NCBI RefSeq assembly: GCF_009834535.1 | Contig: NC_045732.1 | Coordinates: forward strand, 79,980,001-80,044,000 | Source: Camelus ferus | Lineage: Eukaryota | Reading direction: 5' to 3' | DNA: 64,000 bases | Shown: piece after piece, positions 48,630 through 59,156 of the stretch | Layout of the letters: each line of letters opens with the position of its first letter | Numbering within the stretch: the stretch's first letter is position 1 | The notes under the pieces: generated by a model | The model's database searches: none | What the model saw: only the letters and a program-made list of their open reading frames with translations | Told to the model about the DNA's origin: nothing | Position numbers and translations under genes: made by a program

Positions 48630-49505
48630 AGAGGTTCCCCAGACCAACGACAGTTCTCAGACAGCAGCAGAGTGTTCAGGAATTCAACTGCGTTCTGACA
48701 CTGTCTAGCCAGAGATGGCATCGGACCCTCTGGTTCAGGCCCAGTCCTCCAAGACTGCCCTCCCCCCACCACTTCAGAAGCCCACCGCAAGGCAAGGTTC
48801 TTGCCTGTGCTGCTAAATGGCCAGCTGTAGGTTGGGGATTCCAACTCCCTCCTCCTTGGGTTTCCAACGCTGGTGACAAGTCGAGGCTGTTACGTGTCCT
48901 TCTGAAAGACCTGTCCTTCTGAAAGACCTTCAGGGGTTGCCACGCCCTCCTCCTCAGGTTTGGTTGATTTGCTAGAGTGGCTCACAGGTCTCTGACAAAC
49001 ATACTACTTCCTAGATCACCAGCTGAACATAAAGGGCATGAGTCACGAAGAGCCAGATGGAAGAGGTGCTAGGGCCAAGGTGTGCGGGAGCGGGGCCGAC
49101 TTCCCCGCTCTCTCAGACAGCGCCACTTGCCCCAGCTCTCTACCTGCTCGCCAACCCAGAAGCTCTCCAAACCCATCCTTTTGGGGTTTGACGGAGGCTT
49201 CATTACATAAGCACGATTGGTTAAATCATTGGCCATTGGCAACTGAACTCAAATCTCCAGCCTTTCTCCCCTCCCTGGTGGTGCTGGGGAGGGGCCAAAA
49301 GATCCAAACTTTTAATCACATGATTGGCTCTTCTGGCAACCAGCCCCATTTTAGGTGCTTTGCAAACACATCTCATTCACATAAAAAACAAAAAAAGCAC
49401 ATTCATCACTCTCAACACTGAGGACATCCCAAGGGCTTTGGGAGCTGTGAACAAGGAACTGTGCCCAGAAACCAAAGTCAATGACCAGAGGTATCCTTGT
49501 CCTGA
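48630..49505 (-). mobile_element. MER21-family LTR, antisense, inside the S2 promoter array
   Basis: The reverse strand contains cacagctcccaaagcccttgg, ccaatggccaatgatttaaccaatc, atgtaatgaagcctcc and tgtgagccactctagcaaa. Confidence 0.75.
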
Positions 49506-49833
49506 ATCACAGCAGGAAAGGGGCCTCCTCTCCTTTCTCTCCCGCCTTTCAGGGAGGTGAGGACCTTGGTGTGAGAGGACGGGTCAGATCATCTGAAGGA
49601 ACCACGCCTTGGCAACAGAGAGAAGAGTCCCGGGTCCTCCCAGGAGTCAAGGTGAGGGCCCGAGGGAAGGGTGAGGGGACCCGCACGCCCACAACAAAGA
49701 TGGGACACCAAAGGAAACCTCGTTCAGCCCTAGAAACCCTGGGAAGGTCGATAAGCTTGTCCTCCCACAAGGCCACTGGGTCCCCACCTGTCACCCCGGC
49801 CCAGACTCCTGTCAGCTGCCAACACCTGTCATT

Positions 49834-50664
49834 ATGTCCCTGGTTCAGATGAGTGAGCTCCGCCAGGCTGTGGAAGACCTTCAGGACCCAAGAGACGCCC
49901 AGGGCCTGGTGGATGTGCAGCAGCTGGAGGCTGAGCAGGAGGGGGCCGCATCCCCCCGGTCCTCCTCGTCCTCCTCCTCCTCCTCCTCCTCAGTCTCCTC
50001 TTCCTACTCTGCCGGTGCCGAGTCCCTGCGCCAAGGGGCAGAGCTTTCAATGATGGCTGACCTGGTGAGCTTCCTGCTCCTCAAGTATCGCAGGAAGCAG
50101 CCGACCACCAGGGCAGAAATGCTGAGTATCCTCAGAGCATACCAGCACCACTTCCCTGTGGTCTTCAGCCAGGCCTCTGAGTGCATGCAGCTGGTCTTTG
50201 GGGTGGATGTGAAGGAGGTGGACCCCAAGGAGCACTTGTACATCCTGGTCCCCACCCTGGGCCTCACCTGTGATGGGATGCAGGGTGATGAGCGGAGCAT
50301 GCCCAAGAACGGCCTCCTGGTGATACTTCTGGGTGTCATCGTCCTGGGGGGAGAGGGGGCGCCTGAGGAAGAGGTGTGGGGAGCACTCGGTGTCATGGGG
50401 GTGCATCCTGGGAGGGAGCACTTCATCTATGGGGAGCCCAGGGAGCTCATCACCAAAGCGTGGGTGCAGGAGGGGTACCTGGAGTACCGGCAGGTGGCCG
50501 ACAGCGATCCCGCTCGCCACGAGTTCCTGTGGGGGCCCCGGGCCCACGCGGAGACCAGCAAGTTGCAAGTCCTGGAGCATTTGTTTAGACTCAACAGTAA
50601 GGGTCCCATTTCCTTCCCGTCCCTGTCTGAGGAGGCCGTGAGCAATGAGGAAGAGGGGGCCTGA
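49834..50664 (+). CDS. MAGEA: MAGE-A family protein, short form S2 (276 aa)
   Basis: MSLVQMSELR start, poly-Ser tract, intact MAGE homology domain; AATAAA at 51144-51149. Confidence 0.93.
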   Translation: MSLVQMSELRQAVEDLQDPRDAQGLVDVQQLEAEQEGAASPRSSSSSSSSSSSVSSSYSAGAESLRQGAELSMMADLVSFLLLKYRRKQPTTRAEMLSILRAYQHHFPVVFSQASECMQLVFGVDVKEVDPKEHLYILVPTLGLTCDGMQGDERSMPKNGLLVILLGVIVLGGEGAPEEEVWGALGVMGVHPGREHFIYGEPRELITKAWVQEGYLEYRQVADSDPARHEFLWGPRAHAETSKLQVLEHLFRLNSKGPISFPSLSEEAVSNEEEGA

Positions 50665-52019
50665 GCCAGACTTGCAGCCGCGCTCCTTCCAGGCCCCTGT
50701 CCAGCAGCTTCTCCTGCCGGGCAGGAAGGGAGTCCATCCTTCACTCTGTGTTTGCAGAGCGAGCGGTCAGCCTTGGAAGGAGTGAGGGCCCGGGCCAGCT
50801 CGGGGGGCACGGCGTACAGCATCTCTGGGCTCCTCCCGTCCTTTATGGTGACGTGGAAATTGATCTTTGTTTCCTGTAGGTGTTTTTCAGTGCTGTTCCT
50901 ATTAATAGAAGATTTAATAAGCTTCAGTATCTAACTTTGTGAATGACATTGATCACAACGTGTGTGTGCTTATCCAGTTCAAACACAACAGTTTTCCTCT
51001 TCTGTAAAGGAGACTGAAATCTCTCTCTTTTTTTTTTTTTTTTTTCCTGTCATCCTGGATGACATAATATGGAATTGCAATTAGAATTGTTCGGGAAATG
51101 TGAGAGTAATTAGCAATAATATAGATGAGGGAAGATTTAGAACAATAAAAGTAAAAATATTAACTCGCTTCTTATCCCTTCTTGTTTGTCATTTTATACG
51201 TGTAATATCCCTATGTTTAATTGGATTTCCACGGGTTATTTAAGAAAGTAGGAGAAAATCAGTCTGAATCAACAGGATCCCCGCTCACCGTCTCACTTCA
51301 TCCGCACACATTCACCGAGCCTCTGCTCTCCGGAGGGCTCTGTGTTAGTGGGGACACTAGGAAAAGCAAGACACACCCCACACCTAGAAGGACAGGCTAG
51401 GAGCCCAGTCACATCAGGAAGATGGTGACATGTCCCTGAAGTCCCACAGAACAAGGGAAAGAAGCGGCGAGGCGGAGGGGGTCCGGGAGAGAGCACCCAA
51501 GTGCAAGTGCGCAGAGCCAGGGCAGGTGGGGGCTTTGGGAAGCTGGGCTTCCTTCCGTGGGAGGTGACGGTAATGAAGCTGGGTGGTGGCGGCGGCCAGA
51601 CTTGAAGAAGGCGTGTTTTGGGTTTCAGAAGCCACAGTTCGGATGGAAGGGCGGCTGGGAGGGGGCAAAGGTTGTTCCTTGACTCCCTTCCTAGGAGCTC
51701 GGTGTTGAGTCCAGCTGGGAACGCTCCCCCACCCCTCAGTGTAACCTAGCCTCTAATCGGGAGAATTTACTTAGTTCCATTTACGAGGCATGCTTTTTGG
51801 CTGATTAGCTCTTCCACATCCTACTGAGCTGCGTGTTCTCTAACATGACCTGGATAACAAACCAACCAGCCAAGTCCCAGAGGAGGGAGTGGAAGGGTCT
51901 GGGGCCAAAGAAAATCAGAAGCAACTGCCAATCATCGCGGTTCCAACAGGCAGCGCGCCCCGCGCGAGGTGCTTGGCGCACATCGCACGCACCCCTGCAG
52001 TCCTGCGGGCCGGGCCTCC

Positions 52020-52140
52020 TCACACCCGCCCACTGCACAGATGAAGACCCTGGGGTCGTGGGGCTCGGGAACCTTCCCAGGATCACGTGCTAGTAAGTGA
52101 CGGGGTGGGGCCGAGACCCCTGGTCTGAATTCATCTAGAG
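52020..52140 (+). mobile_element. MIR SINE fragment
   Basis: cccactgcacagatgaagaccctgggg...cccaggatcacgtgctagtaagtg. Confidence 0.55.
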
Positions 52141-52487
52141 CCCACGCTGCGCCCACCCATCGCAGCCTGCGGCCCGCCTCCTGACCCAGAGTCCACTTGT
52201 CTCCTCAGTGTCCTCATGGAGTCTGTCGGGTGACAGAAAGTAGGATCCTGAGGCCCAGGTAGTAAAAGCTGGACCAAGAAAGGAAGGTGACTGTGACAAT
52301 CAAAGCCAGGGTGAGGACTGTCTGCGGTTTCTTGAGAGCTGACCCTGCCAGGTGGTGGCACTGCTGTCCAGTCCCAGCCCTTATCCCACACGACAGCACC
52401 CTGCCCTGGTCTCCTCCTTCCTCGGGGCCCTCCTGGCCAACTCGAACCTGACCTGCTGACTTGGTCATCACGGGGGGTGGGGGTGTG

Positions 52488-52590
52488 GAGAGAGAGAGAG
52501 GGAGAGACAGAGACAGAGAGAGAGAGAGACACAGAGAGACGGAGACAGACAGAGACAGAGACAGAGAGACAGTCACGGAGACAGACACAG
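52488..52590 (+). repeat. (GA)n/(GAGACA)n simple repeat
   Basis: Seen directly. Confidence 0.9.
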
Positions 52591-55500
52591 GGACAGAGCG
52601 AGAGCCAGAGCGCGAGACTGGGCTTGAGACTGGGATTGGGATTGTGGTTGACTGCGTCTGGAAGGCCACATTCCTTATGGGATAACATCCCTAACGTAGA
52701 CTTTTCAGAAGCTGGAGAAAAGGTAACACTAGGGAACATCCTGACACCGTCTCCCCGACCCCAGTGGGGGAGGGGTGCGGCTGTAACAGAGCTTGCCTGG
52801 GGCTCCTTTGGAAAGTGCATTGCACCCGACGGCCCCTGTGCCATTTGAGCTTCTAAGGATGGCTTTCCCGGGTCTCCTTGGCCTTGGACAACTACGAAAT
52901 GAGTCATCACTGGACAAGGAAGACTCCCCTTTGCTGCTGTCCCTGCGGGGTGCAGGTGGCTTCCGGGCAGACACAAGGCCCCCAGTCTGGGCTGAGGCCG
53001 TGGGCTCGGGCGTCCGCAGTGGACCACAGGCCGGCTCTACTTCTCCGTCGGGCGGATCCTAGGCCCACGACTCCACCTTCCCCGGCCCGGCCCGGGCCTT
53101 CCCTGCCACCTGCCCCGGGTCAGACGGGAAGAGTCCACGGCGCTGCACCGCAGAGCGCTCAGCACCGCCAAGGGAATGCAGGCGCCCTCCCACCTGCTCG
53201 AGCTGTCGCAGTGACCGTGCACAGCTGCTTTCAAGGACACTAAAGCCAGCTCCTGGGGGACATACAAATTTGTTCGTTCCAAGATAGGCTGGGGACCCCG
53301 TTCACATCCTAGTCTGCTGTCCTCAAGGACCTCTTTCCTGGTCTGGAGGGGGAGGCAGATACACCCAAGGTCTCAGGGAGACAGGAGCACCCCATCTTGG
53401 GACTGGACATGCAAGGCGGGCTGTGGGAGCCTTGGGAGGGAGCCTGGGACCGGAGGAAGCCCTGACTGCCGAGGTGGCCTGGAAGCCGGGCCGGCCTTGA
53501 AGCCGGGCCCCAACATGCAGAGCGGCCTCTGGATAGAGACGGGCATCGCCACCCGACGAGGCAGCTTGAGGACACGCCCAGACAGGGGAGTTCTTGGCGG
53601 GTCCCAGAGCAGCTGGGGACTGGGTGCGGGTCTGGCCCAGGGCCCATGGATGGTGACGGAGAGCGCTTGGGTGGTCCTCTGGGCTGGCGGACACCAGGGG
53701 CTAAGGCAGGTGCAGCGGCCGGCGGGCCAGGCTGGGAAAGGCAGGCCTTGGACGTCGTGAGGGCTGGTATCGAGTAACAAGTGTCCTGAGCCATGGCTGA
53801 GAGCGACCCCTGGGGCGCTACACGTAGCCACGGCCCAGCCGGCCCCCCCACTGGGGGGGGGCAGGGGTGCGTGGGAGGGAGGGAGGCCGACCTGTGAGGG
53901 GGCAGGCCCACCAGACCCAGGGTGTGAGGGAGGGCTGGAAGGAGCGGGCGGCAGGCGAGGCCACAGGGCTGGGATCGGCCCACCGATGTCCCAGCCTTTG
54001 GGCCCCCTTCTGAGACGCCCCCATGGCCTCCACTGAAGTTCGAACTCTAAGGACACGTCCCTGCAGGAGGGAGTGACCCGAACAAGTGCTCTGTAAACCT
54101 GTTTAGAGGCACAAAGACCTGAGCCCAAGCTCTAGTCTCGGCCTAGGAGCTCCACGAAGGCTGACAGTCCTCAGACTCGAGGGCCCCTTGGGAGAATCTC
54201 TTTCGAACCCCTTGCCCTCCCCTTCTGGAACAGGGAGTGGCCCTCAGAGAGGACAGACGCCTCTCCTTAGCGGCAGAGCTGGGATGAGGACCTAGGAGCC
54301 TGGCAGACGGGCCTTTCCAGGTCCCATTGTCTCTCCCTGTGCAGTGACTAGGAAGAACAGCCACCACAGCGGCTACAGAACACGTGTCCCCCCAGACCAC
54401 TGTCCTGTCTGTCCTGCCATCCGTGGTGAAGACGGCTCTCGGGCGGGATTTGTCCCATCCCACACCCAGAGCCTCATCTATTTTCAGTCACACGTGGACG
54501 GGCTTTCCGTTGGTCACGTCCAGCTCAACAAGTAGGAATTGTCCTTGGGAGTGAGTCTGTAGAGTAGGCCCCTTGAGAAGTACCGCACCCAGAGCAGGCA
54601 AAATTATTCAGTGTACCTGCCACCGAGGTGACGGCGGGACGGGGACCCAGGGCTGGGGGTGGGGCTGGCTCGGGGAAGGCCAGCAGGGCAGGCCTGGGAG
54701 CAGACCAGGGAAATGCTTGCTCTCAACACATCAGAATACATGCTGAACCCCCAGATCAAGGACTGCAAAGGGGAAGAAGCAGGGCAGAGCCGAGTTGGAA
54801 GCGGAAGGCCAGCAATCTGGCAGGGCAGGAGCCTAACCCCCCCCAGTGACAGAGGGAAGAGGGCCTTAGAGCAGCCTCAGGGGAGGCTGAATCCGAGGTC
54901 TGAGGGAGGTGCTCTGGCGCGGACTAAGGCCGGTGTTCTGAAAGTGAGTGCTCTCGGGCCACGAGGAGTTTCTATGGCAAGAAATGGACACTAAAGAGGA
55001 TCCCATGTGCTCTGGAGAGGGGTGGGGCTGCGGACAGCGGAGCTCAAAAGGAGGCTCCAAAGCACAGGGGAGGATGCGGCCATCCACTCACGCGGCACGG
55101 GGGGAACCCTATGTGCCAGGTGCTTTGGTGACACTGAAGTGGGACGTGGGGAGTGCCCCCACACGCTCCCACACACAGCCCCACTCTGGGGACAGCTCGA
55201 CCCAGGGGCAGGAGAACGGAACACTTCCTTACGGCCCATCAGAGCTGGACCGACCAGCCAGCAGGAACAGCTGGAAGAGACCAAGGCAGGAGCTGGTGGC
55301 GGGGTGGGGGGAGGGGGCGCTGCCAGCCAGCCCGGGCCAACCAGCCCACTCGGACCACCACTTCCGGGAGGTGCAGTCGCCCGGGGCCCATCTCACCCCT
55401 GCCGCCTTGGTGGTAGCCAAGCCAGGGCCAGCCAGGGCCTGGCCCTTGAACAAATCGGAGGCTGGCAACAGGCCTCCCCAACCTTTGGGGATGGAAACAG

Positions 55501-55704
55501 GATCATGTCTGTCCGCCCACTCAGGGCCTGGCCCCTGGGAAAAAGGTGCCTGGCAGCAGATGGGAGCCTTCTCCCGGGAACTTGAACATACCTTCCTACA
55601 CTTTTAGAAAACAGAGAAGCTGGGGGCTCTGTACCCCTCGCCTCCCCTCCCCTCCCCTCCCCTCCCCTCCGCCAGGGCTCCCTGTCCAGACCAACTCTGT
55701 GACC

Positions 55705-55720
55705 TCACGTGACACATAAA
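55705..55720 (+). promoter_or_regulatory. Putative HSFX core promoter: TCACGTGA E-box next to a CATAAA TATA-like box (mirror at about 2986-3001)
   Basis: ctcacgtgacacataaagag lies about 165 bp upstream of the ATG in both copies. Motif-only evidence. Confidence 0.35.
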
Positions 55721-55880
55721 GAGGACGATGACCAAAGTCGCTGGTTGCCCTGCTACCGAGATTCTAGAATTCTGCGGACACTATTTACTGGGCGTCCCTG
55801 CTCAGATTGAAGGCACTTCTGCCCTGAGAGCTCAGTGATCTGGTCTCAGGGAGAGCGTGTGCCTGGTCTAGACTAGCTGC

Positions 55881-56375
55881 ATGGCGAGTCAGAGCCCCGA
55901 CGAGGAATATACGGCCACGGCGGCCCCCGCAGCTGATGGAGAGCCCCCAGCGGGGGCCCCATCGGGTTCATCCCCGGATCCAAAGGTGGATTCGAGGGGG
56001 ATTTTGGAGAGGCCCGGCGACCAGGCCGAGAGCCAAGATCCAGGCTCCCAAGACAACCAGCCACCACAGGACCCAAACCCAGGTCCCGCCAACGTGGACG
56101 GAACCCATGGTGTTCTTGGGCTCTCCTTCCCGAGAAAGCTCTGGATGATAGTGGAGGACGAGGCCTTCACGTCCGTGCGCTGGAACGACAAGGGAGACAT
56201 GCTGATCATCGAGGAAGACCTTTTCCAGCGGGAGGTTCTTCGCCGGCGCGGCGCAGACAGGATCTTTGAAACAGACAGCTTGAAGAGCTTCATCCGCCAA
56301 CTGAACCTCTATGGGTTCAGGAAAATACACCTGCCCGGCACTCTGGGTCGCTCTCCGGGGAAGAAAAGGCTGATG
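55881..56375 (+). CDS. HSFX3/HSFX4: HSFX3/HSFX4-type coding exon 1 (right copy)
   Basis: Inverted copy of 2331-2825 with one aa difference (DSRG vs DSRE). Donor ATG|gtaacg at 56375/56376. Confidence 0.93.
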
Positions 56376-56791
56376 GTAACGTAGACAGCCCTTCCGTCTC
56401 CCGAGTTCTCTGTTCCTGGAACAGCTTCCTAGTCCTGAGCGGATGAGTGATGTGCTGGGCGGGGTTCATTCCCGAGGGGGACTTTTTTCCTGTGAGCCAG
56501 TACTGAATGAAGGCTGAGGCAGTCCGGCGTGTCATGGAAGGCTCGCCCCTTAGAGATGCCCTGCGGGTGTGACCGAAGACCCAGGGGCCACTTCACGTCA
56601 GGGAGCTAGAGTGACACCTCAGCCCAGGCACCACGTAGCTTTAGTGAGCGCACACTCCAGGGCGAAACAAAACTTGCCAGGAATTTAAAAAGACCTTTTC
56701 TCCACAGTCAAACAAGACCTTTATGACGGAGGTGGGCGGGGAGGAGTGAATATTTCCCCCGAAATGACGAGAATGATTCTTGTCCTTTCAG

Positions 56792-57316
56792 ATCTACCAC
56801 AACTGCAACTTTCAGAGAGAGAAGCCCCTGCTGATCGAGAACATGCGGAGAAAAGGTGACCCGAGAGCAACTGCTCGGCCCGCTTCCAGCACAACCACCC
56901 CAAAGAGAAAGAAGCAAGCCGTCCCACCTATGAGATGCACCCAATTTTTCCATCAGAATGACTCCACCAATGATGCCGACAGGAAGACCCAGAGGGAAGC
57001 CCCCCGTGCTCAGGTGCCCAGCGGCTTCCGGGCCTTCGTGCTCCCTGGCGTCTTGTCTGCCGGCCGGGTGGCCAGGTTGGTGGTAGTGCAGCGTCCCTCC
57101 AGCGAGCAGGGCGGCCCGAGTGGGGAGGGCACCTCCAGGAATGTCACGCTAGTGCCCCCGGCTACTGCCGGAAGGGACGGTGCAGGGGAGCTGCCCAGAA
57201 GCCCCCCCGTTTGCCCCGATCCCAGCTCGGTGGTGTCCACGTGCAACACGGGTTACTGCATGCTGCTCGCGGCCCTTCTGCTCATGGCCCCCAACCAGGA
57301 GGCCCGAGGCCGATGA
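56792..57316 (+). CDS. HSFX3/HSFX4: HSFX3/HSFX4-type coding exon 2 (right copy)
   Basis: Acceptor tcctttcag|ATCTAC at 56791/56792; stop at 57314-57316; AATAAA at 57450-57455 and 57480-57485. Confidence 0.9.
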   Translation: MYHNCNFQREKPLLIENMRRKGDPRATARPASSTTTPKRKKQAVPPMRCTQFFHQNDSTNDADRKTQREAPRAQVPSGFRAFVLPGVLSAGRVARLVVVQRPSSEQGGPSGEGTSRNVTLVPPATAGRDGAGELPRSPPVCPDPSSVVSTCNTGYCMLLAALLLMAPNQEARGR

Positions 57317-58723
57317 AGAGCCCGAGGGCTCTTCAGATTACAAGTGTGCTCTCTGCGAACAGTTCCAGAACAACCCAAAGCGCTGAGCTCACAGACCACT
57401 AGAGACACACGAAGAGCACCGTCCTGTAACCATGAACATTTTGGGCTTTAATAAAGAAAAGCAAAACTCCCCGGGACTAAATAAACAATCTGCGAGACCC
57501 GCGGGTCCGTGTTCTTTCTCGCGTTCGATTCCGCACACCTCTCACCAGATAAGCCCGCGGAGGCTGGAGACCCCGGCCGGGGGCAGGCTTTGGTCCCCAT
57601 CGGCCTCTTGCATCTGAAGCTGTGGCATCTCGGACACCCGCCCAAGGAGGTGGGGAGCGAGCACTGAGGCGAGCCCAGGAAGGTCTGGTCCGCTGGGCCG
57701 GGCCTGCCCGTCAGGGGACAGACAGCCTGGCTTCTGACCTCGGGGGTGTCTCCCCCCCATTACTCATGCATCGCGGAGCAGGAGGGTCTTCCTCCTGGGT
57801 CCCCCAAGGATGCCAGAAGTTTCTGATCAGCAGCTCAGCGTCTCCAGCTCACGATCCAGGGGCCCCCCACGGAGGCCCGCCGAAAAGTAGGGCCACCCCC
57901 TCCACCAAGGGCTGAGAGCACTGCAGCCTGGCTCCGAAGAGACGGGGGGTTGCAGTCAAACGCCTGGGGGGAGGCCCGTCACCCTCGAAGGTAGCAACCA
58001 CTGGAAACCCTACTCTCAAGTGACCAACCCCTCCCCCCCCAACAAATGTATAAAAGATCTCCCACCCAGCGAACACCAGCACTGCTCACTTCCATCAGGG
58101 CTGTAGTTAGGACCCTTTCTTGGGACGTGAAGCGGCCGTGCGGCACGTCTAACACACCGGCTCCGTGAGCCAAGGGACACTTTACAACAGGGCGAGAGTC
58201 ATCTGCGAGGCAGACGGTGCTCTTTCTGAGTCCGACGTCCTCTTGCCCGGGAGTCAGGCCGTCGCTGGCTGGTGACTCCCTGGCAAGCACTCAGCGCCCG
58301 CTCCAGCCGTCCCACATCGTCTCCTGGATGCTCTTCAGACCCTCTAGGGGTTTTGACCAGAACAAAGGCGGGGAGAACACTCACCAGCTCTCTCAAAACA
58401 CATTTCTCTACACAATCCAGAATCAGCAGGGCCAGAATGAGCAGCGGCCTGCAAGGCCGCTTCCCCTTGTCCTAGAGGTCCAAAGTCCTTGAGACTCTGT
58501 CACCGAGCCCAGGGAGGCATCTCCCTGCAGGGGTCCCGCTCCCCCGTCCCCGCGTCCCGGTGGACACATCTGTTTCCGGGAACAGCACAGAGTGGGGAGC
58601 GCCCTCCAGGGCGGCGCCGATTCAGAGCGAACCAGGGGAGCACGTCCAGGGCGTGACGGCGAGCTGACCGTGCCACGGTTTAGCTTGGTCTCTCGGTCAC
58701 CTCCTCTCAAGAGCCCACGCTGC

Positions 58724-59074
<351 letters not shown>

Positions 59075-59156
59075 TCAACTGGGTCGCGCTGGCTGAGCAC
59101 TTCCGAGGAACCGACGTCCCTCTTCAGGGCACTTGGGGCGAGGCCCAGGGAGGGAG

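Larger units (their letters stand above)
54038..58708. repeat. Inverted repeat arm A-right (partner 1-4668; homology probably continues past the window start)
   Basis: Reverse-complement match to 1-4668. Confidence 0.97.

Noticed and set aside
53700-54560. Possible decayed second HSFX paralog on the minus strand (QDTCYSI; PKDNSYLL)
   Set aside because: Only a few residues resemble HSFX motifs and no DNA-binding-domain core was found; a profile search would be needed.
54948-55607. 219-aa ORF upstream of HSFX
   Set aside because: It is broken by indels in the otherwise >99% identical left arm and has no recognisable domain.
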